Assembly (NCBI RefSeq): GCF_009914755.1
Contig: NC_060932.1
Source: the human T2T-CHM13v2.0 reference genome, Homo sapiens
Strand: one strand, 5' to 3'
Length of the DNA: 64,000 nt
In this document: piece after piece, positions 14,620 through 28,045 of the stretch
Numbering within the stretch: position 1 is the first letter of the stretch
Layout: each line of letters begins with the position of its first letter
Program-made: the position numbers and the translations under genes
Notes under the pieces: generated by a model
The model's input: the letters and a program-made list of their open reading frames with translations, nothing else
The model's database searches: none
What the model was told of the DNA's origin: nothing

Positions 14620-14900
14620 CTCTCCTCTCCCACAAATACAATCTTTCTGAAGAGCAAACCTGATCCCATTCCTCCCTGCTTAAAATCCTCCCATGGCTCC
14701 CCGCTACCCTGAAGTTAAAGTCTGATCTGTTTAGTATAAGCCCACGAAGGCTGACAGTGCTGGCCTTGGAATACCTCAGCTGTCCCCTCAGGGGACCCAG
14801 TGCCCCAGACTTGAATGGTTTGAATGATTCGGAAAACCTGCCTGGTCTCCTGAGTCCATGCTTTTGCAGATCCTTGTCCCTCTGCTTCAAACACCCGCTT
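14620..14900 (+). mobile_element. L2 fragment
   Basis: gcaaacctgatcccattcctccctgcttaaaatcctcccatggctccc L2 motif. Confidence 0.65.
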
Positions 14901-15090
14901 CCATCCATCTATCCATCCATCCATCCATCCATCCATCCATCCATTCAGTAAATAATAATTGTGCTCTCTTTACATGCCAGGCATAGTGTGAGTTGCCAAA
15001 GTTACAGCAGTCAACAAGACAGTGTTTTTGGCCCCTTGGAGCTTGCGTTATAGTGGAGGGAGATACACCTTAGAAAGAGAACAAGCAACA
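14901..15090 (-). mobile_element. L2 3' end with (CCAT)n microsatellite tail (14901-14944)
   Basis: (CCAT)n then antisense L2 terminus ...atgccaggcatagtg. Confidence 0.7.
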
Positions 15091-15279
15091 AAAATATGTA
15101 TGTATTTTGAATTGATGTAATTATGTACACACGTGCGCATGTGTGTGTGTATGTTTATAAGTGTAAAATGCCATGAGGGAAATTAAACAGCATAATGCGT
15201 TGGTCCTTGGGGTGAGGAGACAGTAGCCTTGGATTACTAATTCATTGGGCTAACACTTATTTGTTTATCTACACTCCAA

Positions 15280-15533
15280 TCAGGGGTCACTTCCTCCTGG
15301 AAGCCTTCCTGGATCAGAGCCCATCTGAATGGATGCCCCTTGTCAGTGCTCTCAGAGCACCACCCCCACCGCCCCGGCCATACCATGTCTCAGGGCTTAA
15401 TGCGTCAACACAACTTGTGATCAGTGTCTGTCTCCAGAGGCTATAAGCTCCCTGAGGTCAGTGATTGTGATGTTCATTGCTCAGCATGGTGCCTGGCTCA
15501 GAGTAAATACAAGCTGATGGTTGTGAGTGAATG
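15280..15533 (+). mobile_element. L2 3' end
   Basis: gtcacttcctcctggaagccttcctg...agcatggtgcctggctcagagta...gagtgaatg. Confidence 0.7.
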
Positions 15534-16950
15534 CCTGGACTGCATGGTCCAGGGCTAGGACTTGGGGTTGGAGAGATCAAGGAGGCAAACCCAGGCGGGC
15601 TCCACCCCACTCTATTTAGGAGAGTGCAGCTGCAATTGGAATTGTGGAACTCAGCTGGGCGTTTGTTTATAAACGACAAAGGCAGGTGGGAGCTTTTGAG
15701 GAGCCCCTCATTCATCCTGCCCCCATCACCTTCCAGTCATTTTCCAGTTATTTAGAACCAACAGGCCAGATAGCCCTTAACCAAGCAATATACATGTTAA
15801 TGTGGAGAGCATGGGCTGAGATTGAAGTAGCAGCGAAAACACATTATTCAAAGGGGAAGGCAAGGACGAAAAGAGAAATGAATGCAGGGAGAGGCTAGGG
15901 ACAGCTCTTCCCTTTATTCAAAGTCACAACCAGGCTTGTCTCCCCAGGGCCTGGTACCCTGCTGGGCCCCACACCCACTCCCCCACTCCGCAGCCTCCCT
16001 GCTAAACACTCTTCCCCCAATCTAAAAATGCCCTTAGTTTATTTTTAGCCCTTTCCAGAAGGCCCCTGGCAGTCTAACTTTAATTAGAATTGTACCCAAG
16101 GAAGCCAGAGCTATTGATGGAATGATTTCTCCTTCTCTTCTTGTTGGCATTGTGTAGGGGGTGCCAAAAATGCTTTCAGAGAAGTGGAAAATTTAGCGTT
16201 TATTTGTTTTTCTTGGCTAACTGGTACCCGTCCAGGAAGGTATGTGAGAAGGAACACCGCAGATGGTGGGAGAAGGGGGCGCAGGCTCCTGCCTCCTCCT
16301 CTCGAAAGCTGTTGGGATTCCACACCCTGGCCTCTGGAGCGTGTCTTGTTTGCTTCCTCTGTGAAGTGGGGTTACCTTTCCTGTCCAGCCTCCCTTCCTG
16401 AGTTATAATGAGAAGCAAGTGAGGTAAGGAGTGACTTTCTTATTATAAAATGAGGTGACTTTCTTATTACAAGGTGGTTTGTATAAATTAAGGATGAAGG
16501 CATGAAGGGCCATGGGCCCAGGGGCTGGAGACGGCAGGCAGGCAGGCAGGGAGGAGAGGGGTCAGATTTCTAGGTTCTTGAGCATTGCTACATCAAAGTG
16601 ACCTTTGCCTCCAACTCCCTCTGGCTCTAAGGGAAGATGGGGTTTTCAGAAGGATAGAAATGGTTAGGGGGAGACCTTTGGAAATGAGGACTCCACAGCG
16701 TGCTCTAGGACCACCTGGAGGGACAGCACCCCCTTTTGATTCCAGGCCCCAACTCTGCAGGTTGTGATCACATCGGAGGTACCTGGCCAGGTGGGCTCTG
16801 GTAGTCTCCCCAGAATCTGACCAGGCACAGCCAGGGTGTCAGAGAGTGGCAGTGAGGACTCTGCAGCCCTCCTGGGAGCATGGTGGACACTCATCTAGAC
16901 AGGCATATACCCCCAGCAGTGGACACACGCGGCTATGCACATGCAACCCT

Positions 16951-16955
16951 GCACA

Positions 16956-16990
<35 letters not shown>

Positions 16991-17010
16991 GGGCATGCAC
17001 ACATGCATGC
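16951..17010. repeat. (CA)n/(CG)n microsatellite
   Basis: Alternating purine-pyrimidine run with a cgcgcg interruption. Confidence 0.95.
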
Positions 17011-17513
17011 TAGAAACTCACAGAAATTTCCGAGCAAAACCCTTATTAGTCATAGCAGATTGGGTCATTGTGCCTGTGTTTGGTATTAGTCATTGCAGGT
17101 TGGATTATCCTGTCATAACAAACAACTTACAACTAGCTCAGGGACTTAATACAAGCAGAGTCTATTTCTTTCTTTCACATATTTGCTGTGGATCCAGGTG
17201 ATTTTCCAGGGCAACTTCCCCACAGGTGTTGGCTCTGCATTCCACGCTGCACCTGTCTCATGGCACTTCTGTCTTAACAGGTGATCACTACCACAGGATC
17301 ATAGCTGAATGCCAACCACAAAACACTTTGGCAATTGCAGAAGGCAGGTCTCATTCCTGTGTAACCAGTTATTCATAAACATGAGTTACACCTTTTGACT
17401 CTCACCCCTTCCACTTCTCAGTTTCCTTCTCTGGCTTCATTTTCTCCTTTAGTGAAGAAGATGAACAAGATGACTTTCTGCCCAGACATTCTGAAGTGAA
17501 ACATGCCCGGCAG

Positions 17514-17655
17514 GCTGAGCATGGTGGCTCTCGTCTGTAATCCTAGCACTTTGGGAGGCTGAGGCAGGAAGACTGCTTGAGGCCAGGAGTTTGATACCAG
17601 CCTTGGCAACATAATGAGACCCTGTCCATATTTTTAAAAACAACAAAACTAAATA
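17514..17655 (+). mobile_element. FLAM / free left Alu monomer
   Basis: Single left arm with A-rich tail; aacatgccc repeated on both sides. Confidence 0.88.
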
Positions 17656-17999
17656 CAACATGCCCAAAAGTCTTGCACTCCTTTATCTTACTGTCTTGGG
17701 GCTCTGGGTCAGGTGCTCTGATCTCCCCAAGGTCACCCTATTTTGTGAGAAATATCTGGCTCCATCCCTGAGGAGCTACCTAGCAGACCTGGCTCATGCC
17801 TTCATGCCTCCATTCTTGCTCCTGATGGATGAAGTTCATCTGCCTTAATTTAGTGTCTGAGGTTTTCTAACTTCAGTCCAAATTAGTTTTCCAGACTCAC
17901 TGGACATTTCAACTCTAGTCCAAATCAACAGATCACTCTTCCTTACATATGGCCTTGGGCCTCAGGTCACCCTCCTTTTCTCCTTGTTCACTCTGCTCT

Positions 18000-18570
<571 letters not shown>

Positions 18571-20029
18571 ATGCTGCTTCTGAGTATTCACTCTCCTTCC
18601 TTCCTTCACCTGAACTTCTCCTTCACCCCATCCCCATTTTAGCATCTCTGCAGGCTACATGTTCTTTCCGTCAACTAAAAGATTACTTCTTTCATGAGTT
18701 TTTCACTTATCATGTTTCCAGTCCCCCTTCCCCCAGCAAGAAGGTATCATTCTCAAAGGACAACTATATTCTCCTTATGCTTCTGAACCTCACAACAACC
18801 CAGGGGTAAAGTCCTCAGAAACAAAGAGGCTTGGAGAGCTTCTGTGGCTGGGGTGTAATCCCTTCATGCCTTAAAACTGTGTGTCTTGCCTTCAAATCCA
18901 GCACCAATCTTCCACATGGCAGCAATGTTCGTTTCCTTTTACATGCTGGTTATACACAAAGAAACCAAACTGCAGTCCCTATCTCAGTGGGAACAACAGC
19001 TCATTGTACCTACTTCTCTCCTGATGGTCCAGGTGTCATAGAAGAGACATGTCCTGGGCGTCAAAGGAACCCCAAGGAGACTGCACCCTAGGACCGGTGG
19101 GAAGTGGGCCTGTGATGACTTCCAGGAGGACGTGCTTTGGGAATCTGGTCTTGAAAGAGGAGAAGTTGGCCAGGCTGGAGGACAAGATGGACATTTCAGG
19201 TCAAGACAGCCTCAGGACAGCATTGGAGAAAGGGCCAACGGCCCCAGATTTGCTCTCTGGTGGCTATTCAGAGTCATAGATACCTCTCCCTTGATTTTGG
19301 TGCATGGAGAAGACATGAAGTCAGATGCGACTAGAATAGGCACCCCACCACCCCCAGGGCTGCACAGGTCCGTGGTGGAGGGTGGTCTCAGGACTGGTGA
19401 AGTAAAAACCAGCCTGGAAGGAGAATAGTAAAAAGACCCGGAAAGGGCTAGCAGAGAGGGGGCATTCACAGGGTGAAAGTTTAGCACCATGGACAGCAAA
19501 AGCCAGGGACTCCTGGAAAGTAGGCAGTCGGAAGTCTGCACCAGGTGTGTCCTATTCTGCAACACATTGTTATTCTTCAAACTTTAAAAAGCTTTTGAGA
19601 AGGTCTTGGGTTTGATTCTGTCATTAAGAAGATGTGAAGCCATGGGGAAGTTGTGTAATGTCTTGGAATCTCAGTGTTCTCGTCCAGAAAGTGAAGATTA
19701 TAATGCTAAAAGACTGAATGAAAAAAAATGTAAGTGAAGTGGGAAGTGAGGACCATACCTTAATAAATATGTTTCCTTTTCTGTCTGCTTGTCAGGGGCC
19801 AGATGACTGCCCCTGACCAGGGGTCATGGTTGCATAAAGCCTGGATTTCAAACGAAGGTCTCTGCTAACCTTGGGGCCTTCGATGTCTCTGGTTGGCAGG
19901 AGAGGTGCTGACTAAGCGGCTGTTCATCATAGCAAGGTGCGTTATCAGTCCCAGTTCCTCAAGTAATTAATCCCCCCCATGAAGCTTTTTTGTTCACAGC
20001 GAGTGTTAACTGTGACCGCTCCTCCACCA

Positions 20030-20170
20030 TCCGGACAGTGAAACTTACTCTCATTTTTCTGGAGGGTAAAACAGAGGCAGAGAGAGTTGAAATGCTTTGC
20101 CCAGAAGCCCTGCAAGCAGAGAGTGCTGGAACTAGAATTCCCAGACCTGGACTCTCGAGTTTATTGCTTA
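20030..20170 (-). mobile_element. MIR fragment
   Basis: ctcatttttctggagggtaaaacagaggcagagagagttgaaatgctttgccca. Confidence 0.65.
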
Positions 20171-20528
20171 CCTTCTTTAAGTCATGTTCTTCTTCCCCCA
20201 TAGCTCAATTAAAAACAAAATAAGACAAAACAAAAAGCAATGTTTCCTGAACAGAAAAGCACAGAGCCAGTTAGGACAAAAGTCGATTTGTTGTGGCTGG
20301 ATTGGGTTTCTCCTGCCTCAGACGGCTCAAATGCTTTCACAAATGGTTTTAAAATAAATTGGGAGATAAGGTAACAATAGAGTTTCTCAATAATGATGAC
20401 AATAAAAAGAAAACAAGACTATGTGGCTTCCCCCACTGTTTGACTTGCAGCTTTTGGGGAGGGAACTTCACTGGGGAGAGTGGGGTGAGGCAGAGGAGGA
20501 CTGCGTCTCTTGGGGGCTGGGTGGGTAA

Positions 20529-20924
<396 letters not shown>

Positions 20925-21385
20925 GATAGAAGCCTTTAGAAGGAAGAGATTTGGGGCTGGCAGAAAGTTAGCTGGCATAGGGCAATGCATAGTGAATATT
21001 CCAACAAATATGAATAAACTCACTGGTCACCTCCCTCATTCCCTTGCTTGTCTCCCAGAGGCTGCCTCTTCGATCTTCTCCACCAAGGAACTGTGTCTCC
21101 TCTGTGTGAGAAGCTCCAGCGAGAGAGAGCTGAGTGCCTTCTCAGTGAGGTGGGAGATGGGTGGACACAGCAGTGGCTGGGGAGGCCTGGGCTCCTTCTG
21201 ACTCAGTGGTGAGTTTGGTTGGACACCACAAACAGGGGGTTTAGTTACTGGAGTAACTGGGCTTTCATGAAAATGTTGGTTTGATAACAGTGATTATCTG
21301 CTGGAAAAGTTTAGGCACCATTAGATGGACAACGTTTAAGGGCAATTCTAGGGCTAAGAGGGTGTGATTATTGAGATGTGGGTGG

Positions 21386-21523
21386 CTGGGCTGGGACTAG
21401 GATGAGGCAAGAGAGGCACTAAGGCACAAAATCGAAAGGGGGCTTTGCTCTCAGGGATGAAGGGAGCACCTCCCTTCATTTTGCCCCCTGGGCATCTCTT
21501 GCCTCATCCTAGTCCCAACCCTG
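21386..21523. mobile_element. MER96-like palindromic hAT MITE
   Basis: Perfect 23-bp inverted repeat 21392-21414 / 21495-21517; 8-bp TSD gtgggtgg / gtgggtga. Confidence 0.85.
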
Positions 21524-22551
21524 GTGGGTGAGCAGATATATCCATATTTCTCTCTTAGTTCCTGGAGGACTGCATGGTCACCTGAGGTCACCTGGATTAG
21601 CCAAGAGAAACAAAGAATAGGAAGGAGGCGAGTGGGTGGCATGATAAGCTCTTGTGTAAACCAAAGAAAGTCCAGTCCACTGGGGAAGGGAGAATGAAAG
21701 TGTGACAAGAGGCCGGAGGCTTTCTTTCCAAAATGTCTAGGAGGTGATGGGGGTAGGAGGGGTCTGTTAAGAAATGAGTATGTGAATCCCAGAGCCGGAG
21801 GAGTCTGGCCTTGAATCCTAGAAGTGTGAGCCTGGACAAGTCACTTTGCCTTGAGTAGTGGTTTTCTTATCCGTGAGACTAGACTCTGCTACCCTCTCCA
21901 GAGAGTTATTGAGAAGGTGAGATAAAGTATGTAGAAGGCCTTGGGAGGGTTGGTTCTGAGGATGTAAAAAGACAGTTATTTAGAAAATGCCAATTTCTCA
22001 CTTTTTCCAGATTGTATTGTGGGGAAAAAAATGCCAGAAAACCTTAAATCTACCCACTAAACCCATAAATTCTGCCACCATCCTCCAGTGGAGACAGGGA
22101 CAGTTGTTCTTACAACTTGGGAATATCCTTTCTTGCTTCATGCCTAACTTGGATACCCTTGGGCACCTGAGAGAGGGAGCAAGAAAGAAGGAGGAGGTGG
22201 CATAGTTATCCTATCAGAGGACCCTGAGGCTGAGTCACAGCTGGGAAAGAGGCAGGGGCATAGAAGGGAAGGGAGGAGAGCAGCACAGGCTCTGTGCTGG
22301 GTGTGTGAGTGCTAGAGAGATGGTGTTCAAATCAGTCCAATTGACACCAGTATCTGGGGTCTTTCCTCTGCACTTGTTTGTCCCTGTGAGTAGGCAGGGG
22401 TGTTGGTAATGTCTATGTCAGCCGGCTCTAACCTATGCATTACGATGAAGATAGTGATGGAAGCTTGATCCATATCAAATGCTGGTAAGTGGTAGAGCTG
22501 TAACTTAAATTTGTTCTGTGTGGTCCCAGATTTGTGATCTGGCTATTCTGC

Positions 22552-22930
22552 TGATTTGATTTGGCTGTGTCCCCACCCAAACCTCATCTTGAATTGTAGT
22601 TCTCATTATTCCCACATGTCATGGGATGGACCCAGTTGGAGGCAATTGAATCATGGAAGCGGTTTCCCCCATGCTATTCTCATGATAGTGAGTAAGTTCT
22701 CTCAAGACCTCATTGTTTTAAAAGGGGCTTCCTCCTTTGCTGGGTTCTCATACTTCTCCTTCCTGCCACCATGTGAAGAAGGACTTGTTTGCTTCCCCTT
22801 CTGCCATGACTGTAAGTTTCCTGAGGGCTCCTCAGCCATGCTGAACTGTGAGTCAATTAAACCTCTTTCCTTTTTAAATTATCCAGTCTTGGGTATGTCT
22901 TTATTAGCAGCATGAGAATGAGCTAATACA
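22552..22930 (+). mobile_element. THE1C solo LTR (MaLR)
   Basis: tgat...ttggctgtgtccccacccaa...gtgaagaaggac...gagtcaattaaacc...ctaataca; TG...CA ends. Confidence 0.92.
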
Positions 22931-23017
22931 TTTTCCATACCACATTCAGTGGTTCAAGTTCCCGACTTACTCTCCCAAGTCCTACCCTGAGCCTCCATCT
23001 GTGCTTTTAAATGAGAT

Positions 23018-23280
23018 TGTATGAGTTAGGGTAACATTAACTGCTGTCCAAAGCTCAAAATTTCAACTTGTGACTCCACTCTTGGAACAGATACCTTACT
23101 TCTGGGATTGCTGTTCTCATCTATCATTGTAGAAGGAGGGAGCGTGAAGAATCTTGCCTGGGAGGTGGCACGAGATGCTTCACTTTTGCTCAGTCCTTCT
23201 GGCCAGAACTCAGTTACTTGACCACACTTCGAAGATGCTGGAAAGCAGCTACTCTGCACTGGCCACAAATAACTTCTGCA
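23018..23280 (-). mobile_element. Old MLT1-type LTR fragment
   Basis: cagtccttctggccagaactcagttacttgaccacac motif. Confidence 0.45.
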
Positions 23281-25181
23281 TTTGGCTCACAAAGGTCAAG
23301 ATGAGGTTGTCAAAGAATAAGGAGCCCATGGGTGTCAACTCCCCGGGCCACCCTCCTTCTGGGGCCTATTGCCTCCATCTGGTGCTGGGGTTCTGTTTCC
23401 TATGAATCCACTGGGGATACCTAGAGCTCCCTACAATCTTTAATAGCCCAAACAGGGAAAAGACCCTGGATTACACAGTTGTTTTCCCAGAATAAGGGTA
23501 TATTGACATTGAGGGGAGTTTGCTTTTCATGTTCTGCAACAAGCTTTTTTTTTTTTAGAGAAGGAAAGGCAGCCTTAGAATCCCATGCAAATGTGGCTCT
23601 GAGGAAGAAGGAATTGTGGGGTGGCAGGAGAGGCTTGGAGGCAAAAGACCCGAGTGCTGATGCTGGCCCTGCCCCTCCCTGGCTGTGTCCAAGTGGCATA
23701 GCCTCTCTGAGCTTCCGTTTCCTCATTTATACCATAAAGCAAATCTTACCCCAGGGCTCCTATAAGGACCAGACATGGTGGAGGTGTTTGAAAGCATTTG
23801 GTACGTACTAGGCCTGCACCACATTTTAATATCAGACCTATTGGGAAGGAAGGAAATTATGCCCTCTTCCTTTCCTTAATCATCATCAATGCCTCATCCC
23901 CGCTGTGTCTTCTTTTCACAGCAGAGCATTCTCCAAAGTTGTGTATCAATTGAATTTTTTTTTTCTAAATTGAATCTCATTTCCCATGCACTGAGGGAGC
24001 TGGGGTTTGGAAAGAATTCTCTGGTTTGTCTTTTTGTAAAGCTAATAACCACCCCTTGATGTCTGTGGTACATAGCAGCCTTTCCATTTATTGGCTTTGT
24101 TGAAAGTAGGGTTCCCTTGTATTTATTAAGAAAACCATGTATACATGTTTGGAACTGAGAAGGAGATTGAGTGTGTCAATTGAAGAGATCTGGTCCCTCC
24201 CTGCCATGCGGGTGCAGCTGAGAATGAGATGGAAAATGTCAGAGACCAAACACAGCCACAGAAAACTCTTGGGAAGATTAGTCCATTGGCACTTGTCAAG
24301 TTGTGGCTGGGGCCTCTCGAGGAGGGCAAAAAAAGGGGCATTTTCATCTGAGATCTGTGGATGCTCTTCCAAGATCCCACTGTGCCCCAGGTGAAACCCT
24401 GGTGCTGCGTTTTTTCCCCTTTATTGAAATCTATTTCCTCTCCCTCCCACCTTACTTTCCTCCTATCAATTGTTTGCTGGTGGATGGAACACCGTGTTCT
24501 GTTCCTCACATCCCTGGACCTGTCTCCTGAGGCCCTACGCCTGACTTCAGCACAGACACAAATTCATCTGTCTAGTCTTTAAATCTCATTTGGTTTGTCT
24601 GTTTTCCCTAATGAGAAGAATAGAATTAGTTAGCTTGCTACTCAGCAGGGCACCAGTATGGTATTTATGTAAATTATCTCCTTAATAAAATTACTAAATA
24701 TAGCATCAACATGGTTAAAAGGGGAAAGAAAATAAAGCTCTTAGATTGTGAGTGTCTTTAAAAAACAAAGCTATGTTCCACCACCAGGGGAAATGAAATT
24801 TAGCTTCTTAACCAGTAGGTACAAAGTGGGGGAATGGGAATAAGAAAAAGGTTAGGGAGGACAGGAGACAGAGACTGAGAGAGAAGATAGGAAAATTCTC
24901 TAAGCCAGACATATAGATAACTGTTTAATTAATTGCTCTCCAGAGATTTTGCTGGGTGTTTGGAATCAGGTCAAGAATATAACCCGTGCTTGCCTTCCTG
25001 AAAAAGATATTCTGATTACCTTTTCTTACGTCAAAGAAATTGTTCCAGTAAAATAATTAAAGGTACTAGATGTGACAAGTCAGTGTGTTTGTATGTGTAC
25101 GTGTGCGCATGTGTGTGCAGGCAAGTGCTATTGTAACATATAGGCCAATACTGGGGGAGCTAGATAAAAAGAAAAACATTA

Positions 25182-25610
<429 letters not shown>

Positions 25611-26169
25611 TCATTTCTTCCGTGTAAGACACTCTCTGTGTTCCACCTCCTGGAGTCTCTTGTCTTTCAAGCACCTTGTCACTGCCTTTGTTCAATCCCT
25701 CCTCTCTGTCTGTACTCTCCATGATACTCTCTGGCATCCCGTCTCTAACTTCTTATATTTCGTCTTTTTAGGGCTGCCAGAAGCATCTTTAAAAATATGC
25801 TTAGATTATCATATTGTGCCAAGAAAAGTCTGTGGACCCTAATATTCTCACTTCATACCCCTCAGCCTGATGTTCAAGGCCTCTATCTCTTCACCTTACC
25901 CATCCCTTCCTGTCCAGCTTCCTGCATGAGATTCTTCTTTGCCTCTCACCCACCAATGATGCCAGAGAGATGCCCCCACCAGCTCTTCAGGCATCAATCT
26001 GCAACCAGACATCCAGGCCTTTTACACTCAGCCTCTCCATCTCTGTCAGTTCCTGGCATAATGGACTGCCCCTCCCTCTGTTGCCCCAGCACTTCCAGCT
26101 TGTGGCTCTGTTTGGTGCTGGTCCCGCTTTTCAGTACAGTCAAGTGTTGTTGCTGTATCTGAATGTGAT

Positions 26170-26420
26170 GCAGCTCCATGTAGGGATTGAAGATGAGGGC
26201 TCTGGCATCAGCCAGGCCTGGTTCCTAGCCCAGATCCGCCACCTACCAGTTGTGTGACCTCAGGCAAGTTTCTTCATCTCTGTGCAATGCTGATTTCTCC
26301 TCTGTAAAACAGGAATAGAGAGGTCTACTCCATCGAGCTGTTAAGGGGACCAAATTGTGTAATGCCTGCAAAGTCCTTAAGTTACAGTAATCAAGCATCC
26401 AGTAATATATTAATGTCTAT
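26170..26420 (+). mobile_element. MIR
   Basis: ccagttgtgtgacctcaggcaagtttcttcatctctgtg...tttctcctctgtaaaacaggaat. Confidence 0.75.
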
Positions 26421-26964
26421 TGTCTGTCTTTTGCACTTGGCCATGGGGTCCTTCAGAAAAGTACAGTGTCTTCTTCAACTTTACATTTCCAGCAGCTAGG
26501 ACAATATCTATCTCATAAAAGGCTTTATTGACCTTCTTGAATGAATGGGGTCACTGAGCAGTGAGGGATCCCTAAGTTTTCCCCATACTGCTGGTTACCC
26601 TTTTGTTCAGGCTGAGAACTGGGGTTCCAGGAATATGTTAAGTAGAAGAGAATGTTACACTTGAGGTGCAGCAGACATGGGTTTGGAAGCTGTGTCCCTT
26701 CTCTGTTGACTGCCTCATCCCCTTCAATCCCTGTTGCAGGCACGGAACCTGGGTGACCAGTTTATAGCAGAGAATTTTATCCACTTCTCTCACAGAAAGT
26801 GGTACCAGGTTCAGTGCTGACTCTTCCCTAAACAGGTGAGCTTGGGCAGTCAGACTCTCTGTGGGGTGTGAGCTAACAGACTCAGGGTCTGTGGTCAGCC
26901 TGTGCTGTGCTCCTGGTGAGCAGGTCTGCCATGGAAAACCAAAGCCAGGAGCAGGTCAGCGTGA

Positions 26965-27272
26965 GGGGTGCTAGGGCTGCTGTAACTGAGAACCACAAGC
27001 CAGATGGCTTAAGCAACAGACATTTATTGCCTTAGTTCTGGAGACTACAAGTCCAAGACCAAGGTGGAGGGGCCTGCACACCAACAAGGGGAAGGTGTCT
27101 TGGGAGAATATCAAGGTCAAGCTGGCAGCAGGGTTGGTTCCCTCTGAGGGCCGTGAGAAAGGGTCTTTTTCACTCCTCTCCCCTAGCTTGTGTGCTTTCC
27201 TGGCAATCTTTGGTGTTCCTTGTCTTCTAGACCCATCACTCCAATCTCTGTCTTCCTCTTTATGTGATATTC

Positions 27273-27323
<51 letters not shown>

Positions 27324-27510
27324 GTGTGTCCAAATTCCCCCCTCTTTTTTAAGGATACCAGTCATATTGGATTAGGGCTCACGCTAATGACCTCATGTTG
27401 ACCTAATTATATCTACAATGATACTATTTCCAAATAAGGTCACATTCTGAGATACTGGACATTCAGACTTCAACATATGAATTTGGGAGGACATAATTCA
27501 AGTCATAACA
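26965..27510 (-). mobile_element. MLT1C-like LTR containing (GT)23 (27276-27321)
   Basis: agggctgctgtaac...ggattagggctcac...tatttccaaataaggtcacattctgag...cataaca. Confidence 0.88.
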
Positions 27511-27704
27511 AAGGAGGAGCAGAAACTATAACTAATGAAGGGGAGGTGAGCAGCAGGGGGGAAATGGAACAGGTGTATATAGAGAGGCAGGCCTGAGAGA
27601 CCCGAGAGGTGAGATATGTACATGCCTCACCCTCAAAAGGGTCACTCTTGTCCTCTTTACAGCTCCGCATCCCCCATTGACCCTCTCTCCTTTCTCTCTC
27701 TCTG

Positions 27705-27750
27705 TACATACATACATACATACATACATACATACATACATACATACATA
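27705..27750. repeat. (TACA)n microsatellite
   Basis: Direct reading. Confidence 0.95.
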
Positions 27751-27763
27751 AGATACATACATG

Positions 27764-28045
27764 GTTTCCTGGCAATTTTTGGTGTGCCTTGTCTTGTAGA
27801 CCCATACATATATATATGTTATGTATATATAGAGATGCTAGAGCTACTGTAACTAAAAACCACAAATCAGGTGCTTAAGCAAAAGATATTTATTGTCCAA
27901 GTTCTGGAGGCTAGAAATTCAAGATCAAGGTGAAGGTGTCTTGGTAGAACACCAAGGTCAAGGTATCAGCAGGGCTGGTTCCTTCTGAGGGCCATTAGAA
28001 AGGATCTACTCTAGGACCCCCCCTAGCTTGTGTGGTTTGCAGGCA
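27764..28045 (-). mobile_element. Second, rearranged copy of MLT1C-like LTR segments
   Basis: 27764-27805 matches ~27195-27236; 27838-28045 matches ~26971-27205. Confidence 0.8.

Noticed and set aside
13961-14650. Longest ORF (229 aa)
   Set aside because: Starts at a GTG inside an Alu end, runs through MIR-like sequence, no recognisable domain or exon structure
16431-16469. 15-bp direct repeat gtgactttcttatta
   Set aside because: Minor slippage duplication within a MIR-like remnant
19791-19817. 9-bp hairpin gtcaggggc/gcccctgac
   Set aside because: Short enough to arise by chance in 64 kb
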